Source of the DNA: an uncultured bacterium
GTDB taxonomy: Bacteria; Hydrothermota; Tepidihabitantia; CAYHGV01
NCBI GenBank assembly: GCA_964356135.1
Contig: CAYHGV010000001.1
Span: forward strand, 8,179 to 72,178
Reading direction: 5' to 3'
Length of the DNA: 64,000 nt
The position numbers were made by a program, and so were the translations under genes. The notes under the pieces were generated by a model. The model was not told where the DNA came from and ran no database searches. It was given only the letters and a program-made list of their open reading frames with translations. Of the stretch, positions 7,823-16,951 are shown piece after piece; position 1 is the stretch's first letter; the number at the start of each line of letters is the position of its first letter.

Positions 7823-9708
7823 CCTTACCGATTCTGATTCCGACCGCGGCCGCGCTGTTGGGTTTTCTGATCAAGCGGCTGCGGAACGAGTTCGGGTTTG
7901 TCGGCGCTTTATTTACCCTCTACTATGCGGTCCGGCTCTTTTTGGTTTCCCGCTCGGCTACCCTCAGCTACGAGATTGTCCGCATCAAATCCCTCTCCTT
8001 CAGTCTGTTTGTCGATGGGTTCTCGGGTTTGATCATTCTCGCCTGTTCGTTCTTTGGTCTGTTGGTTCTCCTCTATTCATTCCGGTCGATGCGCATCTAT
8101 GCCCGGCTCAAAGGCTATTACGCCTATCTGCTGCTCACCCTTGCCTGCGCCAACGGTGTTAGCCTGGCGCACGATCTTCTGCTGTTACTCTTTTTCTGGG
8201 GGTTCCTCCTGGCACTGCTCTACGGGCTGCTCTCGATCGGCAAGGGTGAAACCGGTGATGCCGCGAATAAGGCGTTTACGGTCATCGGCATTTCCGATTT
8301 TCTTCTGCTCTTTGGCATTGCTCTGCTCGTGGCAAAGACCGGCAAAGCCGATATTGTCCTCGAATCGAAACTGGTGTTCACCGATCCCGTGCTTGTTGCC
8401 AGTTACATTCTGTTAGCCCTCGGGTGTTTCGGTAAAGCCGGGGCATATCCTTTCCATACCTGGATTCCGGAAGCGGCAAAAGTTGCGCCGGCAACAACGA
8501 TGGCGTTCATCCCGGCGAGCCTCGATAAACTGTTGGGGATCTATCTCCTGGCTCGGGTGAGCTACTCGATTTTCGATCTTACCACATCGCTTGCCCTGCG
8601 AATCTTTTTATTGAGCGTCGGTGCGGTCACCATTCTGGCTCCGGTGCTGATGGCGCTGGTGCAGAAGGAAGCGATGCGGCTCTTATCGTTCCATGCAGTT
8701 TCGCAGGTGGGCTACATGATTTTAGGAATCGGCACCGGCACGCCGATCGGTATTGCCGGTGCGATTTTTCATATGCTCAACAATTCGATTTACAAGTGCA
8801 GTTTGTTTTTGACTGTCGGTTCGGTTGAAGACCGGGCCAAGACCACCGACCTGGATAAGCTCGGTGGTCTTGGCCGGCAGATGCCGATTACGCTCTTTTC
8901 TTTTATTATTGCGGCGTTCGCCATCTCCGGGGTTCCTCCCCTCAACGGGTTCTTTTCTAAGTGGATGGTCTATCAGGGGATTTTAGAAACGGCGAAAGAT
9001 GGTAATAAAATTTATCCGATATTTTTAATTGTTGCTCTGTTCGGCAGTGTCCTGACTCTGGCTTCATTTCTCAAGCTGCTTCATTCGCTTTTCTTAGGCG
9101 AGCGGCCGTCCGGGCTGGCACGGGTCCGGGAATCGGGTTTTGTGATGTGGATTGTTACGGTCCTATTGGCGGCGATATGTATCCTCTTTGGCGTTTGGGT
9201 GCGGGTGCCGCTTAACCTGTTCATTTACCCCGCCATCGGATTCATAAAACCCGCGTTTATCGGCTTCTGGTCGCCTTCATTAGCCACCGGCATTATCATT
9301 ATCGGAATTGTGCTCGGGCTCGTCATCTACCTTCTCGGGACGGCATGGAAACCGATGCGCCGTCACGTATTTACCGGTGGCGAGCTGCTCGCACCGGACG
9401 AGGGTCACATTACCGGTCCCCATTTTTATAGTCCGGTAAAGGAACTCTTCGCAAAAAGCTATGAGTTTGGGGAGGGTGGAGCCTTTGACTTTTACAACTA
9501 TTCTACCGGTATCATTCGGGCGGTCAGTATGGTTTTTTCGCGGTTGATTGACCGCGGGTTTGACCGATTCTACGAATTCCTCGCCCGGTTAGGAAATCTC
9601 TTCGGAAGCGCGCTTTCGTTCGTTCATTCCGGAGAATTGCCGACCTATTTAGGCTGGATCTTTTTAGGAATGGCGGTAATTTTGATCGTGCTCATGTTCG
9701 GCGGTTAG
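7807..9708 (+). CDS. MrpA/NuoL-like antiporter subunit with a C-terminal extension.
   Basis: 633 aa, highly hydrophobic, with an HTWIPEAAKVAP...LGGL core. It overlaps the upstream gene by 16 nt. Confidence 0.75.
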   Translation: MLNVLTLPILIPTAAALLGFLIKRLRNEFGFVGALFTLYYAVRLFLVSRSATLSYEIVRIKSLSFSLFVDGFSGLIILACSFFGLLVLLYSFRSMRIYARLKGYYAYLLLTLACANGVSLAHDLLLLLFFWGFLLALLYGLLSIGKGETGDAANKAFTVIGISDFLLLFGIALLVAKTGKADIVLESKLVFTDPVLVASYILLALGCFGKAGAYPFHTWIPEAAKVAPATTMAFIPASLDKLLGIYLLARVSYSIFDLTTSLALRIFLLSVGAVTILAPVLMALVQKEAMRLLSFHAVSQVGYMILGIGTGTPIGIAGAIFHMLNNSIYKCSLFLTVGSVEDRAKTTDLDKLGGLGRQMPITLFSFIIAAFAISGVPPLNGFFSKWMVYQGILETAKDGNKIYPIFLIVALFGSVLTLASFLKLLHSLFLGERPSGLARVRESGFVMWIVTVLLAAICILFGVWVRVPLNLFIYPAIGFIKPAFIGFWSPSLATGIIIIGIVLGLVIYLLGTAWKPMRRHVFTGGELLAPDEGHITGPHFYSPVKELFAKSYEFGEGGAFDFYNYSTGIIRAVSMVFSRLIDRGFDRFYEFLARLGNLFGSALSFVHSGELPTYLGWIFLGMAVILIVLMFGG

Positions 9709-9709
9709 G

Positions 9710-10234
9710 ATGCTGCTCTTTTCGCTCTTTCTGGTTTTTATAATTATTGCCGCGATCGTGGCAATCGAAATCAAAGACCTCCTGGCGGCGACGATTGCAG
9801 TGGGTGCCGTGGGCTTCGGGGTGGCGATTATGTTTATCCTCACCCAGGCTCCGGATCTGGCGATTGTCCAGATTGTCGTCGAGGTTTTAACCGTCATCGT
9901 CTTTGTCGCGGTTGTGCTGCAGACGACCCACGAGGATACGACCGTCGGGATGAATCGAGGAATGATATTCCCCCTCGTTTCCTATCTGGCGTTCGGTTTC
10001 GTTTTTATTACGCTTGTGCTCTATACGTTCAAAGAGCTTCCACGGTTTGGCGAGCCACTGATCAAGGTTGCACAGTTCTACATCGCTGAGGGTCTTGCGA
10101 AAACCGGCGCGGCGAATATCGTTGCGGCGGTGATTCTTGATTTTCGGGGTTATGATACCCTGGGCGAAGCAACGGTGCTGTTCACCGCAGTAATCGGAGT
10201 ACTAACTATATTAAGAAAGGTAGGACGAAAGTGA
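9710..10234 (+). CDS. MrpB/MnhB-related small membrane subunit (N-terminal domain type).
   Basis: A protein of 174 aa with 4-5 transmembrane helices, placed between the MrpA-like gene and the MnhB-domain gene. The assignment rests on position and hydrophobicity. Confidence 0.55.
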   Translation: MLLFSLFLVFIIIAAIVAIEIKDLLAATIAVGAVGFGVAIMFILTQAPDLAIVQIVVEVLTVIVFVAVVLQTTHEDTTVGMNRGMIFPLVSYLAFGFVFITLVLYTFKELPRFGEPLIKVAQFYIAEGLAKTGAANIVAAVILDFRGYDTLGEATVLFTAVIGVLTILRKVGRK

Positions 10235-10268
10235 ACAATCTCCGCGTTCGTCCGCGTCCTTCCTCGCT

Positions 10269-10712
10269 TTGGCAGAAATGAGCGGAATGACCGTGATTGT
10301 TAAAACGATGGCGCGGATTACGAGCGGGCTGATTTTCCTCTTTGGCTGCTATATCGTGCTCCACGGCCACCTGACGCCGGGCGGAGGATTCGCGGGCGGG
10401 GTGATCATTGCTGCGAGTTTTGTTCTTTTGATATTAGCCTTCGGCAGCCGGGAATCGGGCGAGCGGCGTTCGTATACGGTCGCTTCAATTATGGAAAGTG
10501 TCGGCGGAATTCTCTTTTTAGCGATTGCCGTTTTGGGTTTGTTTGTCGGGAGCTGGTTCTTTTTGAATCTGTTGCCCCATGGCACGCCGTTACGCATCTG
10601 GAGTTCGGGGATTATTTTGCCCGCCAATATCGCGATCGGCATCAAGGTCGGCGCAGGCTTGGTTAGTATCTTTCTTGCGTTTGCCGCTACCAAACACGTC
10701 ACGAAGGAGTAG
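10269..10712 (+). CDS. MrpB/MnhB-domain subunit.
   Basis: LHGHLTPGGGFAGG matches the MnhB signature (GH..PGGGFQ.G). Confidence 0.7.
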   Translation: MAEMSGMTVIVKTMARITSGLIFLFGCYIVLHGHLTPGGGFAGGVIIAASFVLLILAFGSRESGERRSYTVASIMESVGGILFLAIAVLGLFVGSWFFLNLLPHGTPLRIWSSGIILPANIAIGIKVGAGLVSIFLAFAATKHVTKE

Positions 10713-10820
10713 CATTGATGAAAACTGAGAACAATCGATGGAGAGGTAAAGAATTCAGTTTACCTCGGTATCTATCTCAGTCTCAATCAATGCTCAATTC
10801 CTTTTTGAGCACGGGATAAG

Positions 10821-11159
10821 ATGCTCTTCTTTGTTGCATGCATTGTGCTGTTTCTGATCGGTCTCTATGCGGTCATAACCAAGAAGAACCTGATCAAGAT
10901 TGCGATCGGGTTCTCGATTATGGAGTATGCGGTCAATCTGCTGTTTGCCCTGATCGGCTTCAAAAAAGGCGCAATCCCTCCGATTATAACCTCGCTCTCC
11001 GCACCGAAGAATTTTGTCGACCCTCTTCCCCAGGCACTGGTCCTGACCGCGATCGTCATCGGTTTGTGCACAACCGCACTGTTGCTTGCGATTGCCCTCC
11101 GGCTCTACCAGCGGTACAAGACATTCGATATCACCGAAATCAAAAAACTACGTGGCTGA
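10821..11159 (+). CDS. MrpC/NuoK-like small membrane subunit.
   Basis: 112 aa with 3 transmembrane helices. The reading is based on position within the Mrp gene order and on NuoK-like hydropathy. Confidence 0.7.
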   Translation: MLFFVACIVLFLIGLYAVITKKNLIKIAIGFSIMEYAVNLLFALIGFKKGAIPPIITSLSAPKNFVDPLPQALVLTAIVIGLCTTALLLAIALRLYQRYKTFDITEIKKLRG

Positions 11160-11326
11160 TAATGGAACCACAGATGCACACAGATAGACACAGATTAAAC
11201 GAAAATGAATAAGGGAAATTCTTACCGATTGACTGTAGATCGAGTACTATTTAACCATTATGGCTCGTGCGGACCGCTTCGGTCCGAGCGAGCCGAACCA
11301 TTTAACCAATTTTTGGACTGTTTTTA

Positions 11327-12823
11327 ATGTCTAATATCTTTCTTCCGCTTTTTATTGCGCTGCCGTTAGCCGGTGCGTTTCTCATTCCGCTCGTAGCCCG
11401 GCTGTGGCATGGGCTGGCCGATATTATCGCCAATCTCATCACCGCCGCCCTGGTCGGGCTCTCGATTTACGCGCTCACGGTCCTCGCCTATCAGCCGATG
11501 GTGGTCTATAAACTCGGCGGCTGGCCGCCGCCGATCGGCATCGTTATGGGTTTTGATGCCCTCTCCGGGCTGATGGTTGTAACGATTGCGGTTATCAGTT
11601 TTGCCGCGAGTCTGTTTTCGATTCGCTATCTCGATTCCTATACCGGGCGCTGGAAGTTCTATACTTTGTTCATGCTGATCATTGCCGGATTGAACGGAGT
11701 CGCCATTACCGGCGATATCTTTAATCTGTTCGTTTTTGTTGAGATTACTTCGGTCGCATCCTATGCCCTGGTTGCATTCGGCACCAGAGACGAGGAGCTC
11801 GAAGCCGGATTTAAGTACATGGTGATCAGTGAGGTTGGCGGTATGACCCTGTTGCTGGCGTTGGCGCTCATCTATGCCAAGGCATCAACCCTGAATATGG
11901 CAGACCTTGCCCGGATAATTAGCCTGCACGGCATGAGCCCGTTCTTCTGGTTTGTGCTTGGATTGTTGGTCATCACGTTCGCGATTAAAGCCGCGTTAGT
12001 GCCGTTCCACTCCTGGCTGCCTGATGCCCACCCCGCCGCACCGACGCCGGTGTCGGCGATTCTCTCCGGGGTTTATATCAAGGTTTTAGGAGTCTATGCC
12101 CTGAGCCGGATTGTTTTCAATGTTTTCGGGCTCCACCGTGCCAATGCTCCGGTCTTCTTCAATCTCCTTTTGATACTCGGGCTGGTTTCAATCGTCGTCG
12201 GGGCATTTCTGGCGTTATCCCAGAAGGATTATAAGCGATTGTTGGCGTATTCGAGCATCAGCCAGGTCGGTTACATTATCGTCGGGTTCGGGATTGGTAA
12301 CTACTGGGGGGTGTTGGGAGCCCTCTTCCATATTCTCGCCCATGCGTTGAACAAAAGCTTGTTGTTTTTGACTTCGGGTTCAGTCGACCGCGCACTGCGA
12401 ACGCGCGACCTGGACAAGATGGGTGGTCTGGAAAAGAAGATGCCCGTAACGGCATGGAGTTTTATTGTCGGTTCGACTTCGCTTGCCGGTTTACCGCCGC
12501 TGGTCGGATTCTTCTCCAAGCTGCTGATCGTGCTCGGAGCACTGGCGGCGAAGATGTATCTGGTGGCGGTGGCGGTGGTTCTGTTGAGTGTCGTCACCCT
12601 CGGCTATTTTCTGAAGATCATCAAACAGGCGTTCTTTGGTAAAGAGGCGACCGAGGGAGCGCACGAAGCGCCACTGGCGATGGCACTGCCGATGATTATG
12701 CTTGCGGTGCTGGCGGTTGCCTGCGGTCTCGGATATTTTTGGCTTACTAAATTCGTAGTCGGTCCAGCCGCCGATGCACTGTTACGGGGAATCGACTATG
12801 CACGACTCATCTTCGGTGGATAA
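11327..12823 (+). CDS. MrpD/NuoN-like antiporter subunit.
   Basis: HSWLPDAHPAAPTPVSAILSG motif; 498 aa, polytopic. Confidence 0.8.
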   Translation: MSNIFLPLFIALPLAGAFLIPLVARLWHGLADIIANLITAALVGLSIYALTVLAYQPMVVYKLGGWPPPIGIVMGFDALSGLMVVTIAVISFAASLFSIRYLDSYTGRWKFYTLFMLIIAGLNGVAITGDIFNLFVFVEITSVASYALVAFGTRDEELEAGFKYMVISEVGGMTLLLALALIYAKASTLNMADLARIISLHGMSPFFWFVLGLLVITFAIKAALVPFHSWLPDAHPAAPTPVSAILSGVYIKVLGVYALSRIVFNVFGLHRANAPVFFNLLLILGLVSIVVGAFLALSQKDYKRLLAYSSISQVGYIIVGFGIGNYWGVLGALFHILAHALNKSLLFLTSGSVDRALRTRDLDKMGGLEKKMPVTAWSFIVGSTSLAGLPPLVGFFSKLLIVLGALAAKMYLVAVAVVLLSVVTLGYFLKIIKQAFFGKEATEGAHEAPLAMALPMIMLAVLAVACGLGYFWLTKFVVGPAADALLRGIDYARLIFGG

Positions 12824-12943
12824 TATGATACCAAATACTGACCGCAGATGGACGCAGATAGACACAGATAAGAATAACACGAAGTGCTTGGTAACCGGGG
12901 GTGGTTTGTTATTTTACCGATTACCATTTAACCATTTTTTAGT

Positions 12944-13426
12944 ATGATTATCGTCTACTTCATCTTCGGCTACGGTCTCTGGCTGCTGCTGACTTGGACG
13001 GTCTACTACCAGTCGCTCATCGCCGGTGTGCTGGTGACCGTTCTCGCGACCGTTGTTTTTGGCAATTACTTCACCGGCAGCCCGAAAAAATTCTTAGACC
13101 CGCGCCGCTATTTCTGGGTGCTGGTTTATATTCCGGTGTTTATCTACTACATGCTCCGGGCAAATCTCGATGTCGCATTCCGGGCGTTGCATCCCCAACG
13201 GCCGATACGTCCCGGGATTGTCAAAATTCGGACCACCCTCAAAACCGATCTGGCAAAGACCTTTTTGGCTAACTCCATCACCCTCACCCCGGGTACGATG
13301 ACGGTCGAGATTGACGGCGAGTATCTCTATATTCATTGGATTTTCGTCGAGACGACCGACATCGAAGAAGCGTCGAAGGTAATTGCCCGACCATTTGAAC
13401 CGTATCTCCGGAGAATATTCGAATGA
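12944..13426 (+). CDS. MrpE/MnhE-like subunit.
   Basis: SITLTPGTMTVEIDGEYLYIHW resembles the MnhE family, and the gene sits in the MrpE position. It overlaps mrpF by 4 nt. Confidence 0.65.
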   Translation: MIIVYFIFGYGLWLLLTWTVYYQSLIAGVLVTVLATVVFGNYFTGSPKKFLDPRRYFWVLVYIPVFIYYMLRANLDVAFRALHPQRPIRPGIVKIRTTLKTDLAKTFLANSITLTPGTMTVEIDGEYLYIHWIFVETTDIEEASKVIARPFEPYLRRIFE

Positions 13427-13677
13427 CCGGTTTAATGGTGGTCTTGGCGGTTGCGGCATTTCTCTGTTTGTACCGGATTTTCCAGGGGCCGACCATTTCC
13501 GACCGGTCAGTCGGAGTCGATATTATGGGGATTATTTTCGTCGGCATTACCGCGCTCACCGCCGTGATCTTTAACCTCTCCTATTTATTGGATTTAGCGA
13601 TTGCCCTGGCGATGCTCAGTTTTATCGGCGTTCTGGCACTCGCAAAATATTTGGAAAAGCGGAATTTAGATGATTAA
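13423..13677 (+). CDS. MrpF/MnhF-like subunit.
   Basis: 84-aa two-helix membrane protein in the MrpF position. Confidence 0.65.
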   Translation: MTGLMVVLAVAAFLCLYRIFQGPTISDRSVGVDIMGIIFVGITALTAVIFNLSYLLDLAIALAMLSFIGVLALAKYLEKRNLDD

Positions 13678-14023
13678 ATTCTTCGGCTGGTTTTTTATCT
13701 GGCTGGGTGTGTTTTTCGACCTCTTGGGCTGTATCGGCTTGGTCCGCTTCCCGGATGTCTATAACCGGCTCCAGGCAGCGACGAAATCCGTAACCCTGGG
13801 GACCTTAGGGATCATGTTCGGGATTTTTCTCCTGCATGGTTTCAGTCCGATGGGAATCAAGGCTCTGATCTGCGGTATGTTTATCCTGTTGACCGCGCCG
13901 GTTTCAGCGCACGCGTTAGCCCGGGGTTCGCTCATCTTCCGGTCGAAGATGTGGAAAGGTTCAACGGTCGATAGGTTCGGTGAAGATAAACTCGGCGGCC
14001 CGCAAATCGAGGATAAGGAATGA
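13670..14023 (+). CDS. MrpG/MnhG-like subunit.
   Basis: A 117-aa protein with LLGCIGLVRFPDVYNRLQAATKS..LG, which resembles the MnhG family. Confidence 0.7.
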   Translation: MIKFFGWFFIWLGVFFDLLGCIGLVRFPDVYNRLQAATKSVTLGTLGIMFGIFLLHGFSPMGIKALICGMFILLTAPVSAHALARGSLIFRSKMWKGSTVDRFGEDKLGGPQIEDKE

Positions 14024-14052
14024 AACCTTTAATTGTAAGATTGAACCACAAA

Positions 14053-14073
14053 TCCGCCAAGATTCATGGCGGA
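14053..14073. promoter_or_regulatory. Palindrome TCCGCCA-N7-TGGCGGA, copy 1. Other copies lie at 14841-14861, 24802-24822 (degenerate), 35155-35175, 44244-44264 and 44316-44336.
   Basis: Read directly: 7-bp perfect inverted arms with an invariant 7-nt spacer length, in six copies, all in non-coding DNA. Confidence 0.6.
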
Positions 14074-14164
14074 CACAAAAAGCACAAAGAAGATAATTAT
14101 TTAGGTGTCAAAGAAATTTTCTTAAACTTTGTGTCCTTTGTATCCTTTGTGGTAAAAATTTCAA

Positions 14165-14773
14165 ATGAAAAAACCTAAACTCCGTGAGTTAGCCGAAGCT
14201 CTGCGGGCGATCTTCACCGGTCCCTATACCCGGAAGTTTCCCAGGGAGCCTTCACCCGCATTCCCCCGCTATCGGGGAATAATCGCCTTTGATAAAGATA
14301 AGTGTCTTGGCTGCGGCGCATGCGTTGAGGTCTGCCCGGCTTTAGCCCGGGAAATGGTCGACGATAAAAAAAAGAAAATCAGGAGGAATATCCACTATCA
14401 GGACCGGTGCGTCTACTGCGGTCAGTGTGTCGCCTACTGCACCAATAAGTATGCCATCGTTCATACGCCGGAATACGATCTGGCAAATCTCGACCGCAGC
14501 CACTACGATAATTCTATCGAATTAGAGCTGGTGATGTGCGAGGTCTGCGGAGGGGTGATAACCACCCGGAATCACCTGCGCTGGATCGCCAACAAGGTCG
14601 GTGAACTGGCGTATGCCAATCCGACGTTGATGTTAATAAAATTGGGCGAGCTGGGTTTAGTCGAGGAAACTGTACCCCGAACCGAACCCGCGCCCTACCG
14701 TTCCGACACCCAGAGATTGCTCTGCCCCCGATGCCGCCGGGAGATTCATCTCACCGAGGTATGGGGGTATTGA
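14165..14773 (+). CDS. 2x[4Fe-4S] ferredoxin subunit (NuoI/HycF/MbhN-like).
   Basis: The motifs are CLGCGACVEVCP and CVYCGQCVAYC, with extra Cys pairs (CEVCGG, CPRCRRE). The protein ends EVWGY*, and the last codons are duplicated at 18598-18630. Confidence 0.75.
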   Translation: MKKPKLRELAEALRAIFTGPYTRKFPREPSPAFPRYRGIIAFDKDKCLGCGACVEVCPALAREMVDDKKKKIRRNIHYQDRCVYCGQCVAYCTNKYAIVHTPEYDLANLDRSHYDNSIELELVMCEVCGGVITTRNHLRWIANKVGELAYANPTLMLIKLGELGLVEETVPRTEPAPYRSDTQRLLCPRCRREIHLTEVWGY

Positions 14774-14861
14774 CGTTTTTTTCCCGAGAGATAAAATAAT
14801 ACCAGCGAACTAACATAGAACTTGAATTCTGACATAACCATCCGCCACGAGGTATGGCGGA

Positions 14862-15045
14862 CACACGAAGAAACACGAACGGGCACGAAAGGAATATTGG
14901 TAGTGAGCGAAATTCAATTTTCACCAATGAGGTGGAAAACAAAGAATGGTTGGTGGCGCTTCGCTCCACCTACTCTTCGAGTTTCGTGTCAATTCGCAAT
15001 CGTTCGTGTAAATTCGTGGTTTCTTATTTTAGGACTTGGGATAAA
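14862..15045. repeat. CACGAA-box element: a left arm with several ACACGAA/GCACGAA repeats and a right arm with matching TTCGTG repeats. Related copies lie at 23800-23910, 24620-24680, 44040-44200, 16640-16700 (partial) and 14074-14140 (a CACAAA variant).
   Basis: Read directly. The copies at 23800 and 44040 share a core of about 45 nt: GAAATTCG.AGAATAGAG.GA.TG.AAGGA.CTCAAA. Their termini are inverted (TTATCACG...CGTGATAA). Confidence 0.55.
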
Positions 15046-15065
15046 ACTTTAACTACAGGAGGCAG

Positions 15066-16551
15066 TTACATGAAACGAGTTTTTTTCGGATTGGCGATAG
15101 TAGTGGTTTCGCTTTTCGCCCAGACCGCGATCGAAGGTGCCTGGGAAGGAACAATTGTCGTTCTCGAGCAAGAGCTTGCGACCACGGTCAGTTTTTCAAA
15201 ATCGGGAGATAGCCTAACCGCAACCATCGATATTCCGCAGCAGAACGCAAGCAATCTCAAACTTGAGAAGGTGAGTTTTGATGGAACCAGGGTCCATTTC
15301 GAGCTTGCTGCTCAAACCAGGGTTATTTTTGACGGTAAGCTCGATACGGGAAAGATAACCGGTGATTTTACCCAGGCAGGGTTCAAGGGAACATTCGAGC
15401 TTGCGCCAGCCAAAAGAGTGGCAACCGGACCACCGCCGTATCGGGAAGAAGAAGTTTCGATAAAAGTAAACGCAGAAGTTACTCTTGCCGGGACGCTATC
15501 GCTGCCGCCCGATTCGGCGAAGCACCGGGCGGTGATACTTATCACCGGCAGCGGCCAGCAGGATCGCGATGAAAACGTCTTCGGGTTCAAAGTGTTCAAG
15601 GTTCTGGCAGACAGTCTTACCCGCGCCGGCATCGTAGTTCTGCGTTGCGACGACCGCGGCTTCGGCAAGTCGAAGGGCGGCGAAGGAGGGTGGAACAAGA
15701 ATACCTCCCGGGATTTTGCTCAGGATGTGCTTGCCCAGGTCGATTACTTGAAGACCCGTCCGGAGGTTGATACCGTTCAGCTCGGACTGCTCGGTCACAG
15801 CGAAGGTGCGCTCATTGCCGGTATGGTTGCGGTTGCTTCTCCGAGCGTTGCTTTTGTTGTTTTAATGGCGGGGTCGGCGGTTCGCGGTGACCAACTGCTG
15901 CTTGCCCAGCTTGAAGCGGTGATGCGGGCGGATAGTGTTTCCGAGAAAAAAATCGCTCGCCAGCGTGATATCCAGCGACGGATATTTGAGTTTGCTCGCA
16001 CCGGCAAAGGCGAAGAGGCGCTGCGCAAGGATATCGGCACATTGATGCTCGCCGATATCAGCGAGCTGCCCGCGGAGCAGCGCAAGGTAATAAGTAATAC
16101 GGAAGAGATTGTGAAAAAACAGGTCGATGGCCAGATTGCGGCCGTCACCAGCCCCGGTTTTCGGTTCTTTCTCGATTACGACCCCCGGTCCGACCTCGGC
16201 CGGATGCAGACTCCGATGCTGGCACTGTTCGGGAAGTTCGATGTTCAGGTTCCGGCCGAGATGAACGCCCGGGCGATGGAGGAGACGTTCAAAAAGGCGG
16301 GGAAGATCAACTACACCATCAAGACCTGCTGCCAGGCGAATCATCTGTTCCAGTCGGCGAAGACCGGCGGTATCTCGGAATACGGCAAGCTGCCGAAAGA
16401 GTTCACTCCCTGTTTCCTGCCGACCATCATCAACTGGATTCTGGGAAAGCCGATTCCGGAGAAGTGCGAGGGGGAGCAAGGTAATCCCCACGAGGGCTGT
16501 CCGAAGGCAGAGACCGGTAACTGCGCCGGCTGCCCGTATCACCAGAAATAG
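15066..16551 (+). CDS. Secreted alpha/beta-hydrolase (GHSEG nucleophile elbow) with a Cys-rich C-terminal tail.
   Basis: There is a signal peptide (MKRVFFGLAIVVVSLFAQTAIEG), then GLLGHSEGALIAG (GxSxG) with later Asp and His. The ORF track begins at 14854, but that upstream stretch is a repeat element and not coding. Confidence 0.7.
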
Positions 16552-16595
16552 ATTCGGGTTGTTATATTGAAATTTGTAAATGCGAATTAAAGAAA

Positions 16596-16625
16596 CCAAC
16601 AGGTTTTATTTTACACCTGTTTGGT
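16596..16625 (+). terminator. Hairpin (ACCAACAGGT...ACCTGTTTGGT) followed by a weak T-tract, lying 45 nt after the hydrolase stop.
   Basis: Inverted repeat read directly. Its core AACAGGT/ACCTGTT is the same palindrome found at 16797 and 18767. Confidence 0.4.
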
Positions 16626-16796
16626 GAATTTCGGAGTTGCTTAATTCTAAAATTCCCTTCGTGCCTATTCGGGTCTCTTCGTGTCAATTCGTGGTTAAGA
16701 CTGGATTCGGGTTGAACTAAGGATACTGAGTAGGTTCTCCAAGCGTTTTTTTGTCATTGCGCGCAATCTCAAGTGTAAATATCTCAAGACGATTGT

Positions 16797-16818
16797 AGCA
16801 ACAGGTCTTTAGACCTGT
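16797..16818. promoter_or_regulatory. Near-perfect 20-bp palindrome AACAGGTCTTTAGACCTGTT, about 75 bp upstream of the -35 box of the 16952 operon. A degenerate second copy lies at 18767-18788, upstream of the HNH gene.
   Basis: Read directly. Both copies sit within a conserved ~40-nt context (TGTAG.AACAGGTCTTT(T)AGAC.TGT...). Confidence 0.5.
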
Positions 16819-16951
16819 TGATGAGTTTGTAGGGTTAGAACGCGTCGCCAACTTTGTTTAATTTCACTAGGCTGTGCGTCGTCTTGACAAAAAGAGAAAA
16901 ATGGGTTATTAGTTAGTATGGGGTTAAAAGAAGGCCTGCCGAGAGGCGAAT

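Noticed and set aside
14854-15065. N-terminal 70 codons of the 565-aa ORF called by the ORF track (MADTRRNTNGHERN...)
   Set aside because: This stretch is a CACGAA-box repeat element plus a palindrome. The real protein starts with a clear signal peptide at the ATG at 15066.
15862-16599. 245-aa minus-strand ORF inside the alpha/beta-hydrolase gene
   Set aside because: It is antisense to a well-supported gene (GHSEG hydrolase), has no motifs, and is a high-GC shadow ORF.
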